Under the pieces are notes generated by a model that saw only the letters and a list, made by a program, of their open reading frames with translations, ran no database searches and was not told the origin of the DNA. Shown in pieces: positions 11,500-22,729 of a stretch of DNA of 64,000 nt; within the stretch, counting starts at the first letter, position 1, and the number at the start of each line of letters is the position of its first letter. This DNA is from Blastocladiella emersonii ATCC 22665. Taxonomy: Eukaryota; Fungi; Blastocladiomycota. Where the stretch lies: assembly GCA_025594325.1 (NCBI GenBank), contig JANHCV010000001.1:310001-374000 (forward strand), written 5' to 3'. A program made the translations under genes and the position numbers.

Positions 11500-12750
11500 C
11501 GCCATGAGCCGCGCTGCTCAAGCGGCTGTTGCGCGGCGGGCAGCGCGCGAAGCTCGCACACGAACACGGTCAACTGGAGCGGGAACCGGTGCACCTTGAG
11601 GAGCTCACGCGAGATGAAGCGGCTCCAGTGCTCGAGGAGGAGCGACACGCGCGTGCACAGTACGCGCAAGAGCGCGCGAGTCCTTGATCACGTCGGTCAT
11701 GAATCACGACGGTAATGAAGGCCGGCAAGGGCGCGTGCGAGTCCTCAACGAGTGGTTCGCAGGCCGCGGGAGCAGTGGCGGTCGCAGCCACGTACTCGCG
11801 GTGCTCAAACGTCTTGGGGAGGACCGCGGCGAGGTACAGTAGCTACTCGGCGATGGCTCATGAGACGCGATCAAGGTGCGCGACGAGCTCGAGGTCGTAG
11901 TGGTGCGTTGTTTCTCACATGCGCTTGGCAAGGATGGTCCGTGCATGTTTCTAGTTAGCGCCATGGTGGTGGGCAGGACAACGAGTGCCAGCGAAACACC
12001 GACGTAGCGAAACGGCAGCAAGACTCGAGCTTGTAAATCTTGAACTGCATGGTCAAGTACGAGGGCAAGAGGTATCTGACGCTCACCACGAGCGAGCTAG
12101 CGGGCGTGTACATGGCGTGGATCCATCCAGCGGGGACGAACGCAGCCGTGCTAGCCATGACCAGCATCTCCCAGCACTCGCCCACGTCGCGGGCGAGGAA
12201 CATGCGCGGCACAGCGGAGCTTCTGTTGTTGCCCTGGTGCGGCTCGTACAGAGTGAGGCTGTGGACCGGCCGCGCGATAAAATAGAAGATCAGGGTGCTG
12301 GAGGCGACGTAGAAGAAGGCGGGCGCGCAGCCGAAGTCGATTGGGCTACACAAATGATCGCTCGAGCCGTTTGTGGGTTGAGAACAGGTGCGAGTAGCGG
12401 GCGATGCACACGCGCAAGTCGCTAAACGTGTTCTTGGTGCTCATTCGGCAGTACTGCTGGACCTTCAGGAACTCTTCCGCGCCACACCGCGCTGGTCGGT
12501 GGGCCAGTGGCGCTCCATGAGATCGAGCCGGCGGACAGCGCTGGGTGCGTGCGCGCAAGTCCACCCGCGGTCCACACTGCCGTATTCAGGTTAGTGGCCA
12601 GCGGCAGGCAACGCCCAGGCGCCCGCTGAGCTGCCGCTGGGGCTGGTCGGCGAAGCCGCGAGCACCGTGATGATGCACTCGACGTCAACCGTTGAAAACA
12701 GAGTCGACGAGCGCGGCGTGAGCTTGGGCGCAGGCGGGTGGGCTCGGCCG
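11500..12750 (-). pseudogene. Decayed KDM2/JHD1-type JmjC histone demethylase
   Basis: Fragments PSAVRRLDLMERHWP, FLKVQQYCRMS..TFSDF/PIDFGC, LIFYFIARP..LTLYE, MFLARDVGEC, FVPAGWIHAMYTP and MQFKIYKLE match the KDM2/KDM7 JmjC consensus in order. Frameshifts and stops are present. Boundaries are approximate. Confidence 0.72.
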
Positions 12751-13062
12751 CGGCAGCGACAGCGGCGAAGGAGCCGGTGGCGAGGATGCTCAAGCTGCTG
12801 CCGGGAAAGGGCGTGTCGGCTGCATGCACAGGTGGATTCATGGCTTGGTAGGGCAAAGCGGAAGGTAGGCAGAGGAGAGAAGAGGCGACGGCGCAGCAGC
12901 TCGGCGGGCGGGGGTAGCGTCGCGCGGTCGCCCCGCCGATCCCCGCGTGATGCGAGCGTGACGCTGCGCCACACGGCAGCTCTTGCTCGCGCCTGCTCTC
13001 GCAGCGCCCTCAACCGGGAGCCTCCTGCTCCCACTGCTCCGCCCAGCCTATGCCGCAACACC

Positions 13063-15366
13063 ATGGAAGCTAATGCACACGGACTGAAGCCAGTCTGGAA
13101 ACCGTGGGACGGCGTCGTCGGCTTCTTCCCGTCGGGCTTGAGTGGCGACTGCGAACCCGACTACTTGTCGGACCACTCCGACTCGAGCGCCGCCAGCACG
13201 AATGTTTCGGATTCGGACTTGGACTCAGATGCAGACCCTGTGCCCAACGTCGAGGCTTTCGAGCAGGCGGAATCGGACGCGCCCGAGTCGGACGAAGCGG
13301 GCGATGAGTCTGAAGCGGAGTCGGTCCCCAATGACGAGGACAACAACAGCGACGCGGAAAGTTCTCAATTCGGCCTTGTCGAGGCGGTGATCCCCGACGG
13401 CGGCAGCATCACTAATGCAAACGCTGGCGCCTTGGCTAGTGCTGGAGCGGATACAGAGCCTGGCGTCGGCAGTTTCTCGACTCCTTCCCCTCCCTCAGCC
13501 GTCGATGAGGACGCGGTTTCCGCTTGCTCTTTGTTTGTGGAATCCAATCCGTTGCTCTGGCGAAGTCTCATGACCTACGAGGGCATTCGAACGGGGCCCA
13601 CGCCAGCCCACGACCTGCGGTTTCAGGACTCGCTCAGCGAGCCGTGTGATTGCGACGCACTTCGCCCACCGGACCTACCCAGCCTTCGGCACCTCGCCGT
13701 GACCGGGAAGCTATCGGACTTGTCAGTTGTCGTTCACGGTCGCGTCTATCAACTTCACCGCCTTGTCCTCGCCCAGGTCACGTTCTTCGATGCCCTTCTT
13801 AGCGACGCTTGGCACGCGCCTCCGGCGAGTTCCGGCGCTTGTACCCTCCATCTTAATTTTGTGCCGCCAAACGCCGTCGGTGACGGTGAATTAGTCGAGC
13901 GCGCCCTCCACGCGTGGGAAACGGCGCTTGTCGTGATTTACGGCGGATGTATTTCGGCTATCACCAATCGGATTACTCTTTCGTGGTTCCTTGACGTCGT
14001 CGAGACCGCGATTCATTTTGGTACGCACCGTTTGCTGTAACCGAGTGCAACGGTCCCACAAGGCTAACTTGCTTATGCGTCGCGTTGGTAGATCTCTCTC
14101 ATTTAGCGGAGGCGTGCTACAACTTTTACGCTTGCGTTCTGGCGGACTGCACTGCGCAGCAGGACTCGCCGAAGCCTATTTACACGCAATTCTTTGTCGA
14201 CGTCATGACCTACTGCTTCAACAATCACTCTCTCCCACAGGCAATCCAGCTGATGCTCACCACTACTGTTGCACATTTCCAGTCGCTGGGCTTACACGAG
14301 CTTACCACGAGCGTCCTCAAGCTGTGCCCGCGCCCGCTTGTGTACCAGGTCATTTTCTCCCCCGCTTTCTTTGCCACATCGGAGCTCAAACGATGCCAGC
14401 TATTTGCTCACCTGAAGATCCCGTCCAGCAAAATTCTCCTTTCTGTTCGTTTCCACTTGCTTCGGCAAGAACAGGACCGCGAAACCGTGCTCGCTTCGAA
14501 GCCTGCGAAGCGCGACCACGCGTTCCGCAACGCCGTCCGATCGGCATTCCATGACTCGAACGCAGCTTGGCACGCGCGCCGCCTCGCCATCCTCCAAGGC
14601 ACGGATGTAGCAGTTCGCTTGCACGAGAGCTTGGCGGTTCTCGACTTGGACTCTCCCGCGCTCCAAGCATTGCTTGTGAGTGACGATGATCTGCCCTGTG
14701 GGACACTCTATTCTGCGCAAGAACTTGCGCCGCTCTCATGCGATCGGTGGTGTGAGCTCATTGTTCGCGCTTCAGTGGAATCCGACCCTGAAAAGCTGGT
14801 CGAGACGTTCCACTGGGTCGAAACCGGAGCGTCGGGAACCACTTGGGAGGTCGCCGTGTGCGCCTACAAGTCCGAAGAGCGGGTCTACTTCAAGACCAAC
14901 GTGTACGTCTACCCCCCGCTGGCCTGCGCGCGCATTCGCTCACCTTGACTTTCGCCGCCTCTCTCCAATGCATTTGAATAGCACCCGCCGCAGCGACGCT
15001 CAACGTGCGGAGCTCAAGACTCCTGGCGTATGCTGGAATCATACCGCACCGCTCACGGCACGCTTCCGCCTCACCACTTACGCGGATCATCGCGTGCGCC
15101 GTCGCCACTGGGATGAAGAGCAGCGAGCTTTCCGCAGCTTCTGCGCGCCGCAATTTGTCCCGAGGCGAGCGCTGACTGGCCCCGTTCTTCCATCCGTCAT
15201 TGTCACGGATGCTATCACAGAGCCATGGACCCCGCCGCAGCAGATTCGACGCGGGTACGGGGTGACCTTCAGCTTTGAGCGCTGGTTGCCTCTGGTCGCA
15301 ACGGGAAATATCTTGCCCGAAATGCGGTTTGTGCTGGAAATCCAATTTCTGGACATGGTCGTTTAA
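13063..15366 (+). CDS. BTB/POZ-domain protein, long acidic N-terminus (paralog A2; introns 14021-14091, 14903-14981)
   Basis: MEANA..KPVWKPWDG N-terminus shared with A1, plus SDLSVVVHGRVYQLHRLVLAQVTFFDALLSDAW. C-terminal ARFRLTTYADHRVRRR is shared with A1. Confidence 0.78.
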
Positions 15367-15617
15367 TCCGGTTGATTTGAGTTATTTTGTTGAATATATT
15401 GCTACAAATCTGTCTTTTTACAACCTTGATGTCCTACTCGCCTTCAAGCCCTCAAACGCTCTTCATAGTGTGCGGTAGGGGCATGGAGGAGAACGAACGC
15501 GCAGCGCCACAGCGTGGCTGAGCGTGATCAGCGCCCAAAACACTTTACCGGCTCGCTCAACTCGCGACGCTCGTCCCCGAGTGCCCTATGTAGCAACCCC
15601 TCGGGCAAGCAAACACC

Positions 15618-17378
15618 ATGGAAGCAGATGCAATGGAATCGCAGCAGCCGCTTTCACATGCTTTAGATGGCTGTGGGACAGCGCCGCACAATCAACTCGG
15701 CGGCTTCCGTGACACGCTCGCCGAAGCCTGCACGTGTCACGCAACGCTCCCTCCCCTTGTCCGCTCCTGCATTCACATGGGAGCATTTAACGAGCGTCCC
15801 GATGTGACGGTGGTCGTCCGCGGCCTCCTTTACGCGCTCCACTCGTTTGCGCTGAGACAGTCCCCGTTCTTTATCAGCCTCCTCGGCAATTCTTGGGGAG
15901 ACTCTGCGGCGGGAGCACCAATGTCCCCTCTTTCCGTCGAGCTTCCGACGCCCGAGTGCTCCCTCGTTGCATGGGAGACTGCCCTTGTTGTGCTTTATGG
16001 CGGTTGCACGAATGCGGTCCTGTCGCGGATCAGACTCGAGCAGTTCCTCGACACGTTTGAAGTTGCCGTGTATTTTGGTACGCTCTCTAGTTTTCGGAAC
16101 GTGGGTGCGAGCCGAACTGATACGAAACCGGCGCGTGTAGATTTGCCGCAGCTTTTGGATCTGTGCGTTGCTTGCCACGCGCGGATTCTCGCTTCAATCC
16201 CCAACGCTTCTGAAACTCCTGCCGCGGAAACGATCCAATTCATGGCAGACGTGCTTTCGTTCTGCCACCAGCGAACGATTCCTGAGAAAGCATCTGTACT
16301 CTCCGTCTCCTCAATCACACTCCTCGAGTTTCTCGGCCCGCACCCGTTTACGCGCGCCGTTTTGCGCCTCTGTCCGCCCGACCTCGTCGCCGCAATTGCT
16401 CTTTCCGAGCGGTTCTGGGCTCCGTCCGAAATCGGGCGGTTCGAGTTTCTTTGCGAACTTGGCTTACCGCTTGGGTATATTTTCTGCGCCGTTCGTCTTG
16501 GCGGAACGATTCGTCCGGACCGCGATCGGGCGCTGGCTGCGCCGTATCTCAAGACCCGCCCCAATTATTTGACGATGTTCAAGTCTTGCCTCTACAACGT
16601 CGAGTGCTGGGAATCCCAAATCGCAGGCGCTTCACCGCGTACAACCTCGCTGCGTGGGACCTGGCTTTCCCCGGATGAACCGGTTGACGCACTGAATCTC
16701 CTTGGCCCGCCCAACTCGGCAGCCTCAATGCTTGACGGAGCGGACCACGGTGACATTATTGAATCGGCCCTTCAGCTCGCCTCGGGGCCCGAGCTTCGAA
16801 TCCCTTTTACGTGTCCGGGAAACATTATTTACGAGCCCATGTGGGCCGAGCACACAGTAACCCTGGCTGGGAGCTCGTGGACAGTTCGATTTCAAGTATC
16901 CAAGGAAGGAGAAAGCCAGGTCGCACTGGTTTCAATGTGCGACATGCTTCCAAGTAGCCAAGCAACGCAGCTGAACTGACCACCCGAGCGCGAATGTAGC
17001 GACCGCGATGCCATTTCGGCTGACGAGTATCAGGAAATGCACCTTGTTGACCGGCGTCGCGAGATCACCGCGCGTTGTCGGTTTGTGTGGTACTTGACGG
17101 CAACCGCTCCCCAGCTCCAGCAAACGTGTCCAGGACAGCTGGGCAGCACGAGTCTTAACGCCCGGCAGGAGCTCGCGCCAGTGAACGCGTCGCTAGTGTA
17201 TGTTGAACGAACGGTGGAGGGACCGTGGTTCGATTTTGGCACATTCGCGTTCAACGATGCGTGGCACTTTTCTCTCGAATCGAACGTGGTTCCCCTGCCG
17301 CTCGTTGACGGCGAGCCTTGCCTTCGGTTGATGGTGGTCGTCCAGCTTCTTGCCGCGGCCGTCGAGGCGGAGGCGTAA
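15618..17378 (+). CDS. BTB/POZ-domain protein, short N-terminus (paralog B2; introns 16078-16140, 16937-16999)
   Basis: PDVTVVVRGLLYALHSFALRQSPFFISLLGNSW. Shares ELPT.ECS.VAWETALV and ARCRFVWY with B1. Confidence 0.78.
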
Positions 17379-17544
17379 GGCGGCAGCTGCCTTTTCTGTT
17401 CCTTCAATGCAAACATAACTTTGTGATCAATCCTCTGTCTGCTTGCGAGCGAAGTTTGAACCCGCTCGCTGAATAACGCGAGTTTGCAGGCGCCATGGCG
17501 CTGAATGCGCTGAATGTGCTGAAGGCAACAGTATTCTCTCCTTT

Positions 17545-18320
17545 AGCTACTTCCCACGACGCTCGTGCGTATCTCGCCCTCGGTCCGCTGGCTCCCGGTG
17601 CCCGGCTACGGGCGGCTTTGGCGCGAGCGCGGCTTTGGCGCGGCTGAGCGCGTCGTCACGGCCATCAAGCAGGGCTGCGCCGTCGCTCGTGTAATCACTC
17701 GTCTTGCCGCCGCCCGACGGCATGCAGCCCATGAACTACGAGCTGCAGTGCGACGAGTTTATCATGCTCATGATCGCCGGCATGCCGCTCTAACTAGTCG
17801 AGAAGGCCGTGAGATCCCACCCTGACTATTTTCCCGTTAGGAACGTGACATGAGCGTCTGCTTCCTCACGCTCCACTCGCGCGTACAACAGGACCTCTCC
17901 GTACCGCTCGTAGCCACGCCCGGCCCGCCCACTTGTCCTAGGCACCGCCGCGCGGTCCGAGATCTTCCTCGGACGCAAGTCCCTCGCGCACAACTCGCCT
18001 GGCTACGCATCCGTGCGGCGCACGGCGTGCGATATGCGTGTGGGGTCCCAACGCGGCCGAGTTCCGGCCCGTGAAATGTGAGTCGCTCACGTTCGGCACA
18101 AATGCGAGCGCGCCGGCTGCGAGCCCAGCCGCCACTGTGACCACAGTAGTGCACCCGTAGCAGTGCATGCCTTCAACGTAAGGTTGAGTTGCTTGCTCGC
18201 CACCATGCAGGTCCAGACCGCGCTCGCAGCAGTCCTGGCGCGGTTTCGCGTCACGCTGCCCACGGACACCTCCGCCGGAGCGGCCGGATTCGAGTTCGCG
18301 TACGGCGTGACAGCACGGCG
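17545..18320 (+). pseudogene. Relic of a paralog of P450 no. 2
   Basis: PSVRWLPVP..FGAAERVVTAIKQG, GPNAAEFRP..ESLTF and LATMQVQTALAAVLARFRVTLP..GFEFAYGVTAR align with the exons at 2497-2640 and 6400-6720. There are stops, deletions and a destroyed heme motif. Confidence 0.8.
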
Positions 18321-19310
18321 GAACACAAGTACAGGCGAAAACTGGATGCAGAGAGAGAAACTAGCAAGTCAGGTATGCCAAACAACCTCGTGATCTGCCG
18401 CGCTAGGTCGGGCGCCCTGATGTGAGAAGCGGTGGCACAACGCATCGTGCACTTCACGTGGGTGACACATTTTTGCTGAATCGGGCCGCGGTAGTCGAAA
18501 CCGTATGTTGAGAGGCGTTGCGCCACAGTTCCCTTGCGAGGCGCCTCCCGGAGCGCCCCCAGCCGCCGCCACAACGCATCCGTCCAGCCGCAGGTTCCCG
18601 CGGTGACGCGAGAGGCCGAGGTCAGTTGATCCCGGCGTCCTCCCGCGCGGAGATCCGCGAGCTTTCGAGGGTGGGCCGGCAACGCGGGATCTCTCCCTTT
18701 GAGGCGGGAGCACGTCATCTGCCCTGTGACGTTTCTGAGGAGTCCAGGGATGCTCGCGAACTCGGCGAACCGTGGGCATTCGCGAGGGTTCGGCGATGGG
18801 ACGAGCGGTTCCCACGAGGCGACGCGTTGCGCCACATCACGCGGTTTTTCGGTCACAAGGCCGGGCGGAACGAAAAAGCGCGCGAGTTTGCGGCGTCGGT
18901 TGTTCGTTTCTCACCGCTGCGGCCAATCAGCGGCTGCAGCGATCGGCCGCGGACTCGCGCGCTCCGCCTCATCGGGCAACTCGGCCGACCCGGTCGAGGT
19001 CAGGCGGGCGGGCGGGGCAGTTCATGACCGGGTCCAGCTGACGCCGCGAGCGCTCCCTCGCGGTTCCCGACGCACGCTGTCGTGTGGATTCGCGAACTCT
19101 TCCCCCCCTCCTCCCTCCTCCGATGACGTGCCCGAGTCGCGTCAGCAGGGTCTTCTGCTGCTGCTGTGCTCGGTAGTGCAGCACAGGGCCACCGCCGAGG
19201 CGATAAATAGCGGGCGGTCCCCCGCTCCCTCTACCACGAATCAGCAGCAGCCGCACCACACGCAACGCTACCCGAACCCGCTAGAACGCTAGACGTTTAC
19301 CAACCCCAAA

Positions 19311-20507
19311 ATGCAGATCAAGGCCCTCATTGCCGCGCTCGCGCTCGTGCTCGCCACGGCCTCGTCGACCGAGGCGGCGCCCAACAACGGCGTGCGCGCG
19401 CCCGTGTCGCTCAAGGACCGCTACATTGTGACGCTCAAGGGCGAGACGGACCTCAAGGCCTTCTCGCGCGCCCTCAAGGCCGAGGTGGCCGCCGAGAACG
19501 CGCGCGAGGCCGGGAACGGCGGCGTCATCTCCAAGATCGACCACGAGTTTGACATCTCGGGCGACTTCAAGGGCTACGCCGGCACGTTCGCGCCGGGGCT
19601 CATCAAGCGCCTGCAGGCCAACGGCAAGGTCGCGGCCGTCGAGGCCGACGCGACCGTGTACGCGACGGCGACGCAGACGCCCGCGGGCTCGTGGGGCCTG
19701 ACGCGCGTCGGCCAGCGCAACCTCAACCTCGCGGCGGGCTACACGTACCCGGACTCGGCCGGCGCGGGCGTGACGGCCTACGTCATCGACACGGGCGTGC
19801 TGGTGTCGCACCCGGAGCTCGAGGGCCGCGCCACCTTCGGGTTCAAGGCCGACGCGTCGTGGTCCAACGGCGACGGCAACGGGCACGGCACGCACGTCGC
19901 GGGGACCATTGCGTCCAAGACGTACGGCGTGGCCAAGCGGGCCAAGATCGTGGCGGTCAAGGTGCTCGGCGACGACGGCAGCGGCACCAACTCGGGCGTG
20001 ATCGCGGGCATCAACTGGGTCGCGGCGCAGGCCAAGGCCGCGGGCAAGACGGCGGTGGCCAACATGTCGCTCGGTGGCGGAAAATCGGCCGCCGTGAACT
20101 CGGCCATCAAGTCGCTCGTCTCGTCGGGCGTGGTGGCCGTCGTGGCCGCGGGCAACGAGTCGCAGGACGCGTGCAACGTGTCGCCGGCGTCCGAGCCGTC
20201 GGCCGTGACGGTCGCCTCGTCGACCAAGACGGACGCGCTGTCGTCCTTCTCCAACTACGGCAGCGGGTGCGTCGACATCATCGCGCCCGGGTCGTCCATC
20301 ACTTCCACGTGGAACAACGGCGCGACCAACACCATCTCGGGCACGTCCATGGCGTCGCCGCACGTTGCCGGCGCCGCCAGCCTGATCCTCGGCGCCAACC
20401 CGTCCTTCACCGTCTCGCAGGTCGTGTCGCAGCTGCTCAGCAAGGCCACGCCCAACAAGATCACCGGCACCAAGGGCACCCCCAACAAGCTGCTCTTCGT
20501 CAACTAA
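19311..20507 (+). CDS. Secreted subtilisin-like serine protease (S8A, proteinase K-like) with I9 propeptide; intronless
   Basis: Signal peptide MQIKALIAALALVLATASS, catalytic triad motifs YVIDTG, HGTHVAG and GTSMASPHVAG, and oxyanion-hole AAGN. Confidence 0.96.
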   Translation: MQIKALIAALALVLATASSTEAAPNNGVRAPVSLKDRYIVTLKGETDLKAFSRALKAEVAAENAREAGNGGVISKIDHEFDISGDFKGYAGTFAPGLIKRLQANGKVAAVEADATVYATATQTPAGSWGLTRVGQRNLNLAAGYTYPDSAGAGVTAYVIDTGVLVSHPELEGRATFGFKADASWSNGDGNGHGTHVAGTIASKTYGVAKRAKIVAVKVLGDDGSGTNSGVIAGINWVAAQAKAAGKTAVANMSLGGGKSAAVNSAIKSLVSSGVVAVVAAGNESQDACNVSPASEPSAVTVASSTKTDALSSFSNYGSGCVDIIAPGSSITSTWNNGATNTISGTSMASPHVAGAASLILGANPSFTVSQVVSQLLSKATPNKITGTKGTPNKLLFVN

Positions 20508-22729
20508 GTTTGGCGGCTGGTGCTCGCTCGTGTGCGTGCGCGGCTGGGCCGTGCTGTTCCGTGTCCCAATTTTGTGCTCTCTCCTTGGAGGCGCTCGGCG
20601 GTGCCTTGCTCCTCCTCCTCCCTCTTCCTCGATACATTCAAGACGATCTCCATCTTTTCCTCTTTGCATCTACTGTTGTTTTCATGGGCGGGAGAGCGTG
20701 ATGGACAGAGCTTTCAGCAGAGCGGGGAAGCGAGTCGTCGCTGGGAAGAACGCCGAGGGCGCCGGCGGAGCAGCGACCAAGTCCTCCTTGCTGACCAGCC
20801 CGCTCTCGCTCCCCTTCCCCAACACGATTAGACTGCTCATGCATCGCCACTTGATGAAACGGAGAGAGAGCATTGAGAGCTATTTAAGATGACGAGGAGG
20901 AACGCCACCGTCGGCTGGCCGTGTTCCTTCGTGCTCGAGGTCGCGGTGACGGACGAAGCGGACCATCGCCGTCGCACCTCACTCTCCGCGGCCATTCTCG
21001 CTGCACAAGCTCGAGTTCACGCGCCGTGGATCTTTTCCGTCCCCAGTGCGCCCTGTAAAGGCTTCGTCTATATCGTGAGCGTAGCCGTTAATCTGGACCA
21101 GTTCGACGCCAACGACGGGCCTCGTCAATCGTGAGTGCTCTTTGATAACCGCCGCGCACGACCACTTCTGGCACCTCGCCCTGAGGCTGCTCTTCGTGCG
21201 GCTCGCGATTGTGGTCCTTGGCATGGTTGGTACCACGGCAGTCTGCACCGCACACGGCGGTTCGTCTCGTCGTCAAAAGGCTAGATCACCACTCTCAACA
21301 TCTCAGGTATGCTCGAAGCAGGCCCTGGCGGCTTAGATCCCGAGCATGACAATTCGTTTGACCTGCTGCAACCGTCATATCCGGCCCAACCGACCTGCGG
21401 ACTCGGGACCGGCGTGAGACTCACGAGGAGCTGCGCGAGCACTTCTCCGTCGGACCCTTAACCAAGCTTCTAGCTCGCGACGACTCGGTTGAAAACAGCA
21501 CGCATCGCATGGATTTTTCCCCTTTGACGTGGTTCGTGCGGGCGCCGTGAAAAGAACAGTCCGCTCTGCCCGTGCGAACCACGTCCATGGAATCTCGCGC
21601 GCCGCTCGCTCCCGTAGCCGATCTCCTCTGCCGTGGTCGGATTCGGGTCCGCCAAGCTCCTGCTGTCCGAGTACAAACGGTTCTCGTCAGGTCCTTGCTG
21701 TTGTTCATACATCTTAGCACAGGCTGCCGTCCTCTGCAACCTGCACTACTCGTCCTGTCTCGACCTGAGCGCTAGGATCAGCGTGATGAGCAACTGGACG
21801 TGCGAAGCGCGACCTGAATGCCGAGTCTAGGCCTCTCACAGTAGCGGGACTCTAGTATATCCGAATCAATCCGACGCCAGCGCACGCGCTCCCCCTCGCA
21901 TACCGCCCAGCACGGCGAAGACCACTCCATAAGCACTTTGAGGACCACCGTGGAGCGCTATTCAAGGACAACAGAGTGTTGCTGTGACGTGAGTTGCAGC
22001 GAGCTGACGACTTGGGAAGGGACGGACGGGCTTGGGTATTCGCGAATAGTGTTTGAACGCGCGGCGGCGGCGAGTGGGACGACCTGATGCCGAGCGCACG
22101 CGCCTAGGTCACGCGTGGACGGTTTGGGTTCTCCCTATCCTTGTCCCGGATTTCCAGGTCGTCGTCAATAGTCGAGTATTCGAGGTCAGAGCAATCTGTG
22201 CTGTGGCGCAGCGCGTCCTTTGGCGCGAGCAGCCGATCTTGTCCGGCGCCGAGCTCGGTCGACCCACTCGAAGGTTTCCTCGTCATTCGACAATCCCGAC
22301 GACGTTGCGCCGCTGTCGTGTCCTGACGACGGTCGGATACAGTGGTGCGAGGGGCGCGGTGATCACCGCCGCCACTCACGTGTTTGATCGTCGCGTCTCG
22401 CACCCAGTGTCTCGCACCCCGCGCCTCTCCCGCGCACCGTGTCTCGCGCCCGCGCCCAGCAACCCGCAAATGCCTCGCGCGAACGAAAGCACAACGACGA
22501 TGATAGGACCGTCGGCCCCGCGAACCACGACCACGCACAGACCACTTGGCCGTTCCGACCGCACCACACAGCAGGGCTCCTGTCACCGCCATGCTGGGCC
22601 GCCGCTTGGGTCAGGAAAAGTGCGAGAACGTCGCAATGGGTTCGAATCTCATCATCGAAACCGCGGCGTGGGTCCCACCAGGCGAACCTCTGTTGCGAGC
22701 CCCTATGGCGGGCGGTGACTTCCCGAACC

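Noticed and set aside
20690-21830. Protein-like fragments downstream of subtilisin
   Set aside because: Short, interrupted in all frames, no recognisable domain; cannot assign strand or product.
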